A DNA stretch of 64,000 nt from the NCBI RefSeq assembly GCF_001194135.2, contig NC_068992.1, positions 30,669,478 to 30,733,477 of the forward strand. Reading direction: 5' to 3'. Positions 1 to 12,290 of this stretch are shown here, piece after piece; the stretch's first letter is position 1, and the number at the start of each line of letters is the position of its first letter. The position numbers were made by a program, and so were the translations under genes. The stretch is from Octopus bimaculoides (taxonomy: Eukaryota). A model generated the notes under the pieces. It made no database searches and was not told the origin of the DNA. It saw only the letters and a list, made by a program, of their open reading frames with translations.

Positions 1-33
<33 letters not shown>

Positions 34-3000
34 GCGAATGTATATGTAAGTTTGCATACTTAAACACACACACACATACACATATCAACTGTTGTTGAGT
101 CTGTAGTAATTATATGGACGCATACATACTAACATCTGAAACTTCGTTTAAAGATATCTTTGGCACGTAGTACTGTCTTAGCACAACATGAATATCACAT
201 AATTGTTTGCTCTTTGACACATCCAAGAACCGCCAGGGCTGGCTGCCAGTTGATTCGTTCAACGTTGGTTATTGGCAACAATGTGTGTTGTGATCAGAAG
301 AATAGGTCAGTGATCTATATTTGAGATTACAAACACATAAGAGAGGGAAATTTCATTGGGATAAATCAATTAATTAAACACTGTCGTCCAACGACTACTA
401 AACGGGGTTTCATATTAATGTGCAGCTTGGAATGTACTGAAGATTGTAATTATTCGTTAAATATATTCATTACGTTTTTCCCAGGGAGATATTAATTCAT
501 GTAAGAGCATAAATGTACATAGTTGCCTTATATATATATATATATATATACACACACTCACACACAAGCTCGCACACACACGCACACCCACACACAAGCA
601 CACATTTTATCTCAGAAATTAAAACTAAATCATTTGATGAATTTAAATGATATAGATTATTTCGTTTATAATGGGACAGAATACATATTTTCATGGGAGA
701 ACGTGCTCAAAAAGAATTATTTGGTTCATGTAAGTTTATACTTGGTTAACCAACTCAGAAAATGTCCATTCCTTAGACTGCATGTATGCAATCCGATTGA
801 ACTAGTAGGTGTCATTAAAGCAAATAAGAAAAACTTCCTTCTGCACGTAGGAAAATAGAATTTTAGTGACTAGTTGAAATAAGGTGTGGCTGTACATAAT
901 AGGAGGTCATTGTGGAACGGAAACATATGGATTAGCCCTAAATGTTTGTGTCTTCATCGGGAGCAAATCTGGGATAGACCCCCAAAAGATTTCTAATATA
1001 ATACATTTGTCATAGAAACAAAATCCCATATTGCTCCAGGAAAAAATTAGAAGCTTCAGCTGCTATTCGTGGAACTTGTTGAGACTAATAAGTCTGATTC
1101 TGTTGACAGTGTATACGTCTTAAAATTCGGAATAATATATTTGTTGACTATTCTACGTTTTCAATACAAAACAAACTGTAGTAGATTATACATAGATAAT
1201 TTGAAATGTAATGTTCACATTCATTAATAAGTATTTTTACAAACATGAAATGTTACTTTTTCGTCTGCCTCTTCGCACATGTTAAAAGAATACTTTTATA
1301 GTAAAATACATACACACACATAAACAGTCTTAAGAGACTAGGTACTGGTATTTGTTATATAATGACTGGCACTGTTGATGATAATGACATCTACTGCATT
1401 CAGCGAGGATCTTGATACAAAAATAAAAGCCGTAACTGTAGGGATACTATTCTCAAGATTACTGCCAATCAAAACTTTACTTTTCAGACATGGATGAAAG
1501 GCATAGATGTTTTCAGTGCAGTGGAGGGAGTCAAGTATTTTTGGATTCTTAATAATTTAAACTGATTAAATGGCATTCATTTTTCACAAATGGGTGATTG
1601 CATCTCTCCCCAAGTCATTGTATGTGATTTTTGTCTTCTTGATGTGTCGAGTATGTATATGAATGGAAGACATGATTGACCTGGACAGAGACTTGCTTGT
1701 GTACACGATGCAGATGTATATACCTAATGAGTTAAATTCTCTCGTAACCGAATCTATTTCTGGTCTATCAAGAGTGAAGGACATGCACAAGCAGATATTT
1801 TTAGCATAGTGCTGGTGGATATCCGATTAGTCTATTGGCTTAATTGGCATAGAAAACAAAAGTGATGTTACAGAGTCTATAAAACAGACTCTTTACTATC
1901 CTGCGCAGGTGAAACAGTTAGAGAATTGCTTTACTTCTGGCTGATCTGAAAATAACGAATGAAGTGTCATGAAGAAAAATTTGCAATGCATAAATATCTG
2001 CATGCGATTCTCAAAGATTTAGTAGAATGAAATGTCGACTTATATTAAGTAAAGAACCCGGTATTTTAGCATGCATTGAAAAATTATTATAGTTCATACA
2101 TTTGACACTCTCCAATGCACAGAAATAACTAAATAACACATGTTAGTTGATATAACTGAAATAACACAGAACAGAGGATAAAAGAATTAATGCGTTATAT
2201 ATTTGTTTAGTTACTCATCGATCAGAGTGGTGCAGCGGAAATATTTTCGGTACATAGTCCATCAGTACACTGATCGAAATTATCTTCAGCGAACATTTAG
2301 GTACTTTACTGTCACGCATAATTCGCAACAAAATTGTCTGAAAATACCCCACCCATAAGTGGGTGTGTCAGTGTATGTGTATGTGTGTACGTGCGTCCGT
2401 GTGTATATGAATACACACACGTAGATTTTTATATAAGTGGTGGTGGTGGGGTACTGAAAACGTTGCTGATTTTATGGGTGTCGCGAAAGGCCTGGTTGGA
2501 AGCCCGATGTTCCGAGATCTTTTACAGGTCTTAGAAAAACTGAAGGACCGTCGCAATAAGTGCTTGAATCTGAGAGAAATATATGTTATATAAATCATAA
2601 TAAACTGACCCTCCACTATTTTCTTTTACTCGAACCCAGGAGCTTTTCAACACTACCTCGTATTTACATTGAGACACACAAAAGTTATAAGAATATATAT
2701 TTTCATATATTTATACATTTATATTTGCATATTAATACCTATATCATCATCATCAGCTACTCCTTTAATTACATAGGAAATAAAATACTTTTAATTCCGA
2801 AATAGTACTTTCACTCTCATACCTGATAAGTATATAGCTCCGTGTATATGTAGCTATTCGGTTGATCTCCACATCGGTATTAAATGTGATAGTCTTTCGG
2901 TAACATTTGATTTTATATAAAATTTTCTGATAGAATATTTCCAAAATGATTTTCTAATTGCGTACCTATTTCTGCCAATATAACGATTTGGGATTCAAGG

Positions 3001-3739
3001 CCATAACGTTACCCTGTGTATTGTATGGAAACATCACAGTTGTTAAATGGAACAGTCCGCAATTAGAAATGTCCTCGCCGTCATGGTGGTAGTCGTAGGT
3101 ATAGTTATTGCTTTGCTATAAATGTGTGTCCGAAGAAGATTTCGAGAATATAGAGAAATTTAATCTAACCACAGTGCGCCACTTGCTCTTTCCTGTATCA
3201 CAGCCGGCAAAATTTAAATAAAAGTTGCGACGTCTGTCTGTGAGTAATGCAAGGTCTAGAATTTTGTATTCTACCTCATGTTCTAACATTTTTTAGCGAA
3301 AAATATTTCAATTATTAATCATTATGCAATGATTATATATATTTTATTTACATTTAAGAATTACGTCTTATAATTACAAGTAATTACATTATATATAATT
3401 AAATAATTTACTTCATATAATTATACATTTTAATTAAGTAATAATTATATTGCTATTCTCTGATACTTTCTCCGAGTTAATTTATCAGATATTGCTTATT
3501 GGATGAATTGGCAGAATCGCTTTTTATTCAGACATCTCGCATTTTAACTTAATGTCCAGTCAAGCTCAACTTTGTGCTTGTTGCCTCCGGTGTCGCTAAA
3601 TAAGCATCGGTTTTGTGCTCTGAATGAGTAGAAACATTAGAGCATTCTGACCTCTCTTTTACCCATGATCTACTTTGTTATAGAGTGACCCCAAATCTTG
3701 CCTTAAGGTTGTCAACATGACCCCGAGTATAATTTGTAT

Positions 3740-3920
3740 AGGTACCCTGCGTACATAAGCGAAATCAGGTAGTGTAATCACTCGTTTTTTGTCTGTGAGT
3801 CTCTTTATGCGTTTGCAAAATTACTAAAGACAGCTGAGCGGATTTTCACCAAATTTGGCAGAGGTACTCATTGGGTAAGTGTCTGGAAATGATGAAAATT
3901 TGGGTTGATTATCTTGAAAA
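3740..3920 (-). mobile_element. Degraded Helentron/HINE-like non-autonomous element fragment
   Basis: TACCCTGCG...CAGGTA hairpin-like end, followed by TTTTTGTCTGTGAGTCT and GCAAAATTACT...CGGATTTTCACCAAATTTGGCA. This resembles the reverse-orientation layout of DINE-1/HINE-like elements. Recognised by pattern only. Confidence 0.3.
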
Positions 3921-4252
3921 ACATAAATATATGCATAGATATGCAACTGTGTGTGTGCGACTTCGTAACTGCACGCGCGTGCGTATGTGTGCATACAGTG
4001 TTGGATTCCAGGGTTGCGTTTATTTATGAGTTGATTTCTTAATTTCACCGGCGTATAAATACATCTAATGATTCATCTGCCATCGTTGAAAGACGTTCAA
4101 ACAGTTCTAAAATACTATGCAATAATATCTATAAGTAGTTGATCACCTTCAGTATTTTTTCATATGAATCAACAATCGTGTATATAGATCATAGTGTACC
4201 TTTTGCTCGTAGACACGTGTGAACATATACATAAATATATACTTAAATATGC

Positions 4253-4254
<2 letters not shown>

Positions 4255-4338
<84 letters not shown>
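4255..4338. repeat. (GT)n microsatellite
   Basis: Uninterrupted GT dinucleotide run. Confidence 0.98.
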
Positions 4339-4340
<2 letters not shown>

Positions 4341-4586
4341 AGTCATAGATTCGAGGGGTTCGCTTATTTACGATTTGATTTCTTAAATACACCAGAGTAT
4401 AAATACCTTTAATGGTGATACATAATATTAAAACAAAGATAAAATTCAATCGAACTTACAAATTTTAAACTTCAATTTAAAGGCATGCGTAAGCAATGCA
4501 TTGTAAGCCACACAGTAATTTGTCAAAGAAATTATCTGCGTTGAGGTTATACATTGCCCCTCCAGTGCCTTTATATTTTTATTTGC

Positions 4587-4790
4587 AAAGGCAGCAGAAT
4601 TGTTAGCATATCGGGCAAGATGCTTAGCAGCATTTCGTCGGTCTTTACGTTTAGAGTTCAAATTCCACCGATCTCGACTTTGCATTTGATTCTTTCGGAG
4701 TGGATAAAATAAGTACTAGATGAACACTGGGCTCGATTTCATCGACCTAGACACGCAACCAAAATTACTAGCCGCGTGTTAAAATTAAAA
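4587..4790 (+). mobile_element. tRNA-derived SINE, family 2
   Basis: A-box-like GGCAGCAGAATTGTTAGC and B-box GAGTTCAAATTCC (4654-4666). The body CTCGACTTTGCATTTGATTCTTTCGGAGTGGATAAAATAAGTAC is shared with copies at 22.4, 22.6, 52.5, 54.1 and 58.3 kb. Confidence 0.8.
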
Positions 4791-4824
4791 ATCGATATCT
4801 GCTGTTGCTGCTGCTGTTACAGCA

Positions 4825-4842
4825 AGAACAAAAACAACAACA

Positions 4843-4894
<52 letters not shown>

Positions 4895-4962
4895 ACAAGA
4901 AGAAGAAGAAGAAGAAGAAGAAGAAGAAGAAGAAGAAGAAGAAGAAGAAGAAGAAGAAGAAG
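4825..4962. repeat. Compound (AAC)/(TAC)n/(AAG)n microsatellite
   Basis: Directly visible triplet runs. Confidence 0.97.
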
Positions 4963-5326
4963 AGCACCCAGAAAGTGCAAACCTTCGCCAAGGCAACACT
5001 AACTTCTGGTCAACGATTAGCCAGAGATGATTTTTAAAATGAGAATATCTGAAATAAACTCGACCGCTCTCACAAACGAAAATACTAAAAAAGAACCCGA
5101 CCGCTCTCAAAAATTAAGTAAATAAAAAAAAACAGGAAAAATAATCCAGAATTCCTGTCCGGTACCGGATCGATTCCAAATTCTAAGCAGTCGGTGCCAG
5201 TTATGATCCAAAACTCGCCGAAATTTTCTTAATCTATACACCGGTTCTGAGATGTCTTGTCCTCAGACAGATAAACAAACAAACGAGCACGGCTGAAAAC
5301 AATTACTCCGCCTTCGCTTAGGCAGA

Positions 5327-5331
<5 letters not shown>
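4894..5331 (+). mobile_element. Helentron-associated / DINE-1-like non-autonomous element
   Basis: 5' subterminal AAACCTTCGCC (4979-4989); internal duplicated CGACCGCTCTCA block (about 5061 and 5098); CCGGTACCGGATCG palindrome; short (AAAC)n; 3' stem-loop CTCCGCC-TTCGCTTA-GGCAGAG (5306-5327, 6/7 paired) whose arms match the 5' subterminal motif. No ORF. Confidence 0.6.
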
Positions 5332-5412
<81 letters not shown>

Positions 5413-5470
5413 CAACAACAACAACAACAAAAACAACAACAATAATAATAATAATAAAAATAATAATAAT
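5329..5470. repeat. (TAA)n/(CAA)n microsatellite
   Basis: Direct triplet run; 5' flank of R4/Dong fragment A. Confidence 0.97.
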
Positions 5471-5479
5471 AGACACGAC

Positions 5480-6086
5480 AGAAGGAATATATTCACAGAC
5501 GCGACAGAGCTGGGACCTATATACACTGGAAGCTATGCCAACACTATGGAATAACAACAGAAAAAAAGATGGTATAAACACACGCCAGAAAAGGTCACAC
5601 AAAACAAGAAAGCAACTAAACTCTGAGATATACCAATACACAGAGATAGAGAAATTAAGGCCAATAGACCAGATATAGTTCTCAAAGATCATGAAGGAAA
5701 AAAATGCGTCCTAATTGATGTATCAATACCAGCAGATGACAACGTTTCCCAAACAGAAATGGAGAAACTTTCAAAATAGAAAGACCTGGAAATAGAGGTA
5801 ACTCGAATATGGAATCTAAAAACAGAAACAATTCCCATCATAGTAGGTGCCTTAGGTATAATAAAACAAAACTATTCAGGCAAATACATAACAAAAAAAA
5901 CAGGACTTATAAATATATATAACACACAGAAAATTGCACTACTGGGCACTGCACACATCCTACGCAAAACACTTTCAATACAGTAACCATAAGAGCATCA
6001 CAGCAAACCACAGCACATACCCAAGGCACACAGAGCTGCGCTCGGTAGTGAAGTGAAAGCACGTTATAGAAATAAAACTACTGAAC
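5480..6086 (+). mobile_element. R4/Dong-clade non-LTR retrotransposon, 5'-truncated 3' fragment A (RLE domain + 3'UTR), decayed
   Basis: Translates across frameshifts and stops as KEYIHRRDRAGTYIHWKLCQHYG...REIKANRPDIVLKDHEGKKCVLIDVSIPADDNV..EMEKLSK*KDLEIEVTRIWNLKTETIPIIVGALG...QKIALLGTAHILRKTLSIQ* (stop 5984-5986). This is the PD..D..K restriction-like endonuclease. The 3'UTR runs into (TAA)n at 6087. Confidence 0.92.
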
Positions 6087-6103
6087 AATAATAATAATAA
6101 TCC

Positions 6104-6180
<77 letters not shown>

Positions 6181-6181
<1 letters not shown>

Positions 6182-6526
6182 GTGGGGGAGCATCATAGCC
6201 ATGTGTTAAAAGGAATTCTTTGGGGTTTGAATAATTCACCTTTGGAAAGATGGGTGTTTTGCTCAACATCCTTAAACAAACCTTATTCAGAGACCTTTTG
6301 AGCAGGATGGGTCACTCGACCTGAAGAAAATTCTAGCTGGGCCCCACCTGCAAGGTCATGCGCAGTTAATCTTGATATCAGATCACCATATCGCGCACAT
6401 ATGATTGTGATGCATGTGCCTGATGTACCCTTATCAGACGGGTAGTCATGATGGATATATTGGGCTTTGTATATTTTACCTCAGTGTCACTTTGATAACA
6501 TGCACTGCTCTCTCACTCACTCACTC
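6181..6526 (+). mobile_element. TAA-tailed non-coding interspersed repeat (T550 family) copy 1, 5'-truncated
   Basis: Homologous to 18712-19066 (-), 20272-20435 (+), 52013-52410 (-) and 54211-54323 (+). Ends GCACTGCTCTCTCACTC followed by (AAT)n, and has TAA runs on both sides. Confidence 0.85.
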
Positions 6527-6588
<62 letters not shown>

Positions 6589-6589
<1 letters not shown>

Positions 6590-7154
6590 GATAACACGGT
6601 AATATAGCAAGGCTTGTCCATTGGACACTTTGCAACAAGTATGGATATGACTGAGAAAACAATTCGTACGACCGCAAACACGAAGGCATCACCGAAAATG
6701 ATAATGCAAAGATCCTGTGAGATTTTATGATTCAGTGCGACCATGAGATAGAGAATAGGAAACCAGACATAGTCTTAACTGAGAAAGAAAGCAAGCTATG
6801 CTGGATCATAGATATAGCATGCCCAGCTGACAACCAAGTATGCGATAAGGAAGAAAGAAAAATTGATAAATATCACAAGTTAGCTTGGGAGGTTAAGCAG
6901 TTGTGGTCGATGAATAAGGTGGTGGTGGTATCAATAACTGTCGGAGCCCTGGGAACAGTGACTAAAAATCTTGAGAAGTACTTGGATCAAATAAGGGCTG
7001 CAATAATGGTGGAGCACTTGCAGAAAACAGCAGTAATTAGAACCGCTCGAATTTTCCGGAAAATACTCGAAAAGTAAGAGGCGTTACCTTAGTTCACTGG
7101 TACTGAACAGCTGACACCATAGTACATCTCCAGCGTTAGAAGCTGTGCAAACGC
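6589..7154 (+). mobile_element. R4/Dong-clade retrotransposon 3' fragment D (RLE domain + 3'UTR)
   Basis: ORF 6727-7077: MIQCDHEIENRKPDIVLTEKESKLCWIIDIACPAD...KEERKIDKYHKLAWEVKQLWSMNKVVVVSITVGALGTV...LQKTAVIRTARIFRKILEK. Upstream in frame: NIARLVHWTLCNKYG. Starts immediately after (AAT)n at 6527-6588. The 3'UTR differs from fragment A. Confidence 0.93.
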
Positions 7155-7167
7155 AATGGTAATAATG

Positions 7168-7231
7168 TTGATGCGTGTCATTACACCGTTGATGCGAGTC
7201 ATTACACCGTTGATGCGTGTCATTACACCGT
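7168..7231. repeat. 21-bp minisatellite x3 (TTGATGCGTGTCATTACACCG)
   Basis: Three tandem units with one substitution. Confidence 0.95.
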
Positions 7232-8167
7232 ATGACAGAATTTAATATAGCATACTGTCACTTTTTGTAAACATGCTGGTAATCATAGGTGTTGAGAATT
7301 GAAAAGACGTTCCATATCTAATCACATTTTCTCGCTTATGGCATCACTATACGAACGAATTTTCTATTGGCATCTCCAAATTGACAAGTGTATATAAACC
7401 ATAAAAATGGAAAAACTGAAGAAGTTTCAACAGTGGCAGTCTATTGTTTACTGATATTGACGATTAGCTTGTTTTACCAGCATACAGGTGAAGTTTTTCT
7501 CTTACTATTGGCTGATCATTGGTTGGGGAAAAATGGCGGAGGAGTTGTAAGATGCGGTACCACAGTTCCTGTTTTCCTATACAATCTAATTTGAAATGTT
7601 TCTAGGTTAGCATTTATTTTTTATACAAACAATTCAATTAATTACACTCCTATTTAATAACAAAAATATATGTTTCTGTTTATTATCTCAAATATTATCA
7701 ACTAGTTTATTATATTTATCTCTTCTTTCATTATTGTTAGATTCGAACTCAAATGCTTATAAATAAGGCACAGAGTACAAACATAAATTATAGGAAACAC
7801 CATAAGGACAGTAGTAAATAATACAAGCAATCTGCCTTCTATAATTAAGTTGTATTGTCTATTGCATGCTATAAATAATTTTTGCGATCTATATGTATAA
7901 TTGATACTAACAAACTATTGAAACGCACAGCATTTACTTTCTTCGGTTTACGGTTCTTATCAAATGGTTTTCAAGAAAGCTATAGATCTGCAGGGAATTT
8001 TCTACAAGGAAGAATGAGTGTGAGATTTTGGGCGACATATCAATAAAGTAAAATAGCTGAATATTTCTGTAAATTCTATCCATTTACAAGCACTGGTTGT
8101 TATGAAATTCCTACCTGTTTTACTAATATGTATCTACGGATGTATACACAGACACACACACACACAT

Positions 8168-8202
<35 letters not shown>

Positions 8203-8221
8203 CTCACACACACACACATAC

Positions 8222-8260
<39 letters not shown>

Positions 8261-8944
8261 NNNNNNNNNNNNNNNNNNNNNNNNNNNNNNNNNNNNNNNN
8301 NNNNNNNNNNNNNNNNNNNNNNNNNNNNNNNNNNNNNNNNNNNNNNNNNNNNNNNNNNNNNNNNNNNNNGGGATGTGTTTTTCTTTTCTTTTTGACCAAA
8401 ATGCTTCAAACACAATGTACCAAATTATTCGAAATGCTTACATTTCTATTATCATTAGAAAGGTAGATGTATTAATAAAAAAGCAATCAGACTACCTTTC
8501 TAGAAGGTTTATTAATATCAGAACGCATCAAAATATTTGGCACTCACCAAAGTGGTTGCCAGGGCACTGGAACATTGATTCCAGTTTAAGGACTTCACAT
8601 CGTAAGATGAAAGTAAATATATTTGTAGAAGGGTCAGCTATTTGTTGCTTTGAAACGACTAGTAATTATGTGATTCCCATGTAGTTTTTTGATGCTATAT
8701 CACTTTCTAATTTAGATGTCTTATAGGACGTTGATATCTGGAATATATGAGGTATAGTAATATCATTATTTAGTCGTTGTTATGAATTGGTGCCGTTGCA
8801 AATCTCAGTGATGAGATAAATTATCCATATTATGGGCAAGTCAATGACGAATTCCTACAAGTGTCATTATTTTGTTTTTCTGTTTTAATGGAATACATGG
8901 AGTGATTTCATTAATATGATTGTGCTTTTGTTTCCAACATTACT

Positions 8945-9137
8945 GTTACTTGATTTCAGCCATGCTGGAGCACCACCTCAAAGGGTTTTATTTCAAGAAA
9001 TCGACTCCGGTATTTATTCATTGTAAGATTTATTCTATTGAACTATTCGCTGAACCGCCAAGTTACGGAACTTAAACACACCAACAACGGTTGTCAAGCG
9101 ATGCTGCCAGGACAAGCGCAGACATAGACACACACTC

Positions 9138-9168
<31 letters not shown>

Positions 9169-9383
9169 TGTATGTATGTATATATGTGTACATATATGTG
9201 TATACATACAAACACATACATACAACGGGTTTCTCAGTCTCAGTCTTCCAAATCCACTCAGATGGCTTTGGTCGGCTCAAGGCTATAGTAGAAGACACTT
9301 GCCCAAGGTGCTGCGCAGTTGGTCTGAATCAGGATAGATGAAGTTGAGAAGCAACCATCTTACCACACAGCCACGCATGCGTC
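8945..9383 (-). mobile_element. tRNA-derived CORE-type SINE, family 1 (octopus OR-like)
   Basis: Reverse complement reads GCGTGGCTGTGTGGTAAG (A box)...CACCTTGGGCAAGTGTCTTCTACTATAGCC (MIR-CORE-like ACCTTGGGCAAGT), then an internal (TACA)n tract, then CATCGCTTGACAACC and CTCCAGCATGGCTGAAATC. Collinear with the copy at 46515-47031. Confidence 0.85.
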
Positions 9384-12255
9384 TAAAATGTATCAAATAT
9401 TTCTAGAAAATTTCACTATCGAGCAGATATCCCAATTCGACCCCCAAAATTTGAGTATAGGTTGTTAATCGAATTTTCTAAAACTGAAAATTATATTCAA
9501 TTATGAATTTCACTCCAGTTGTTCAACTCATATGAAACATTCAAACGTTTCACTAAACATTTTTCAGTTATATACAATTGACCTAATATTTAGATAAAAC
9601 ATATTCATTATCAACTTTTAAATACAAGTTTCATTCAGGCAAAGATCAATATTTTACTCTACAAATATGTTCTGTTTTCTTCATTAAACACGACAAGTAA
9701 ATTAAATATTTGTTGACATTATGGATACAATTTCGGGACTCTTGTAAACATTCCCTTTTGAATATATTACATCCGAATATAACTACGTAACCTTAATGTG
9801 AGTGTGTTTGTTTGCAGTTGTGTGTATGTATTTGTTAGTGACTTTGTGTGCGTTCACTACAATAAACACTCACATGTATACTTAACTATTCCATTGTTCA
9901 TATTATATCGTAGATTTTTCAAATTAAATAGTTTCCATCTGTGTGTATTATTAAGAAAAAATGATGTATTCTTTCTGTTCATATCGTGACAAATACACTG
10001 TATGGGCTTCATGATTTTATCATAATATTCCATAATTGCATGTTGTTTATTTCGTTTTTATATCTGAAGATAAAGTTACATGGCTTCTCTCTTATTAGTT
10101 TAACTATTCCAGTAGAACAGAAATATACATGTGCTTACGATCAAGATTTGGTTAAATTGATTAATGTTAAGTTCTTACGTTTGCGCTCCATCAATATTAA
10201 TGCTTTCTTGAAGTAGTTAACACTGTTATCTAATTAAATCACTTCGACTTGAAGCACTATATTTTATATCCTTTTAAAACTACCTTATATAGTAGTTTCC
10301 TTTTATTACATTTCAACGTACACTCATTTCTAGGCCAAAACACTTCTAACAGTAGTAGAAATTACAACACGATATTTTCCCTAAGCTCAAGAAATATTTA
10401 TATAGATCATTTTAATTGATTTTTCTCTCCTTATTAAGATGTTAAAATGATTCTTAATTAGGAGCTGATTGACTTTCAACTGACTGTAGTTTCCTATTTA
10501 CATATTACTCTTCTTTTCTTTCAATAATGTTATAATTCTCTCACTTTGAACTCTTTCGCTATTGATCTTGTAAATACGGAAATCTTTACTAAAATTAAAG
10601 AAAAGTATCTGATTACTGTAGACTAACTCAACTGAACAACAAATAGCATATATTCTATGTCACAATGTCGTCACTAACTAACCCAATATCCAGATATGGA
10701 AATTTATAATAAACTATCGGTATTAAGTGATTTATTTTTTCTGCTGCAAGGGTTTCACCCCAATTACTATATCATCAGTTTAACTATTTATTATCAATCC
10801 CTTGACCTTCTGCTATTTTCATAGTCGGTTGACTTGTTAATCTGTTCATGAAATAAACCTTTTATTTCAATATATTTAAAAATTCGGTGAATTTGAAACG
10901 ATATAACTCACGTTCTAAACATACTAAGTTCTACACTTTTTTTTTATATATTCTTCATATTTGTTTTTTTTTTTATTTTACACTTTCTGAAATTGATTTA
11001 TATATTTTCAATATTAGAATTAACAAATGTCTAGGAAATTGATTTCGAAAAGCAATTAAGAATTATTTTCTCCCAAAAATTCAATGAATTAACGAAATAA
11101 ACAGCATAGGATTGATTTTTGGTTTTCAGTGTTTGCAAATAAATGAAGAGTGAGTGAATAAATATACACCGATCAGTGTCCCTTTTAAAGATTTATTTAA
11201 GAATGCTGAATGTTTTGATATATTTCCTTTTAATAAAAATCATTAAAATATTGGAAATTTCTTAGCATCTAGAAGATTAATAAGACGTCTTATTTCCTGA
11301 ATCAAAACTCTTATTGAAAAGAATCTACAGGATATTATCATTACAGATTTAGTACAGACAAGTATGCATTTATATTCGTGAAAACCAAATTATGAAGTTT
11401 CTCCCGCCTGGGTTTACACGAAAACCATCGTTAGACTATTTATTAAAGTTTTTTAACCGAGAATGAAATTAAATTTCCCTGATGTATTGTCCAAAATTTT
11501 GCTAAAATTTCAAGGTGAATTTTCGAGATAAAATAGATAATCTAATGAAAATGACATATATTTTGCATTCCCTAGTTGGAATATGCAATAAAACAAGCAA
11601 AGTAACCATCACTGAAAAGCGGGAGCGGCATAATTGGAAAGCGAGTAAGTGCATTGTGACCAGAGTTATTTAACAACAAACGCTTGTCGGTGGATAGAGA
11701 GATATGGATATGTTATGTCATGTTTGGTATGAAAACATAATCTACAAATGTGGTCCAATTGATTTGTTTGTTGATCTAAAGTTTTCTCCATTTTCTGATT
11801 AGTTAAATTTGACACCTGATAATCATTTTCTTTTATTTTCTTGTTACCTGTAACTTACAAGCATTGTGTGCCTGCATACCCATGCCCAGAGATAACACAG
11901 GTAATTGCTTCCGATAGAAATAAGGATATTTTATCCCTTAGACTGTCACTATTACCGCTAACTCTGATCACCTATATATGTTTACAGTTTATGTTTGATG
12001 GCTTATGAATTGATCCAACATATATGTGTCCAAAATTTATGTAGATATGTTCAGATATGTAACCCTATAATGCCGTTCTATTTTAATAATAATGTAAGGT
12101 GACAATTAGTTACTGCTTGAAAAACTAACGAAGCAGTAGATATGCATTGATCTAATCAGGATGCAAGAATGTATATGCGTATAAGTGCAAGTATATGGGT
12201 GCTTGTATGTGTGTGTAGATATCCGTATACATGTGTGTATATGTATATGTGGATG

Positions 12256-12290
<35 letters not shown>

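Noticed and set aside
600-1950. Non-repetitive, somewhat coding-looking stretch (ORF 523-858; DMDERHRCFQCSGGSQ after an acceptor-like site at 1487; ORF 1584-1790)
   Set aside because: Frequent stops in all frames and no recognisable domain. The CxxC Ly6-like word has only a weak donor. BLASTx would be needed.
3060-3150. Hydrophobic peptide NVLAVMVVVVGIVIALL followed by RRRFR
   Set aside because: In-frame stop right after the hydrophobic run and no convincing splice sites.
3495-3610. Possible very degraded SINE family 2 copy
   Set aside because: Only short words match (TGGCAGAATCG, TCAACTTTG); too weak to annotate.
7168-7231. Short tandem arrays as possible CRISPR-like repeats
   Set aside because: No unique spacers, no cas genes, and a eukaryotic context.
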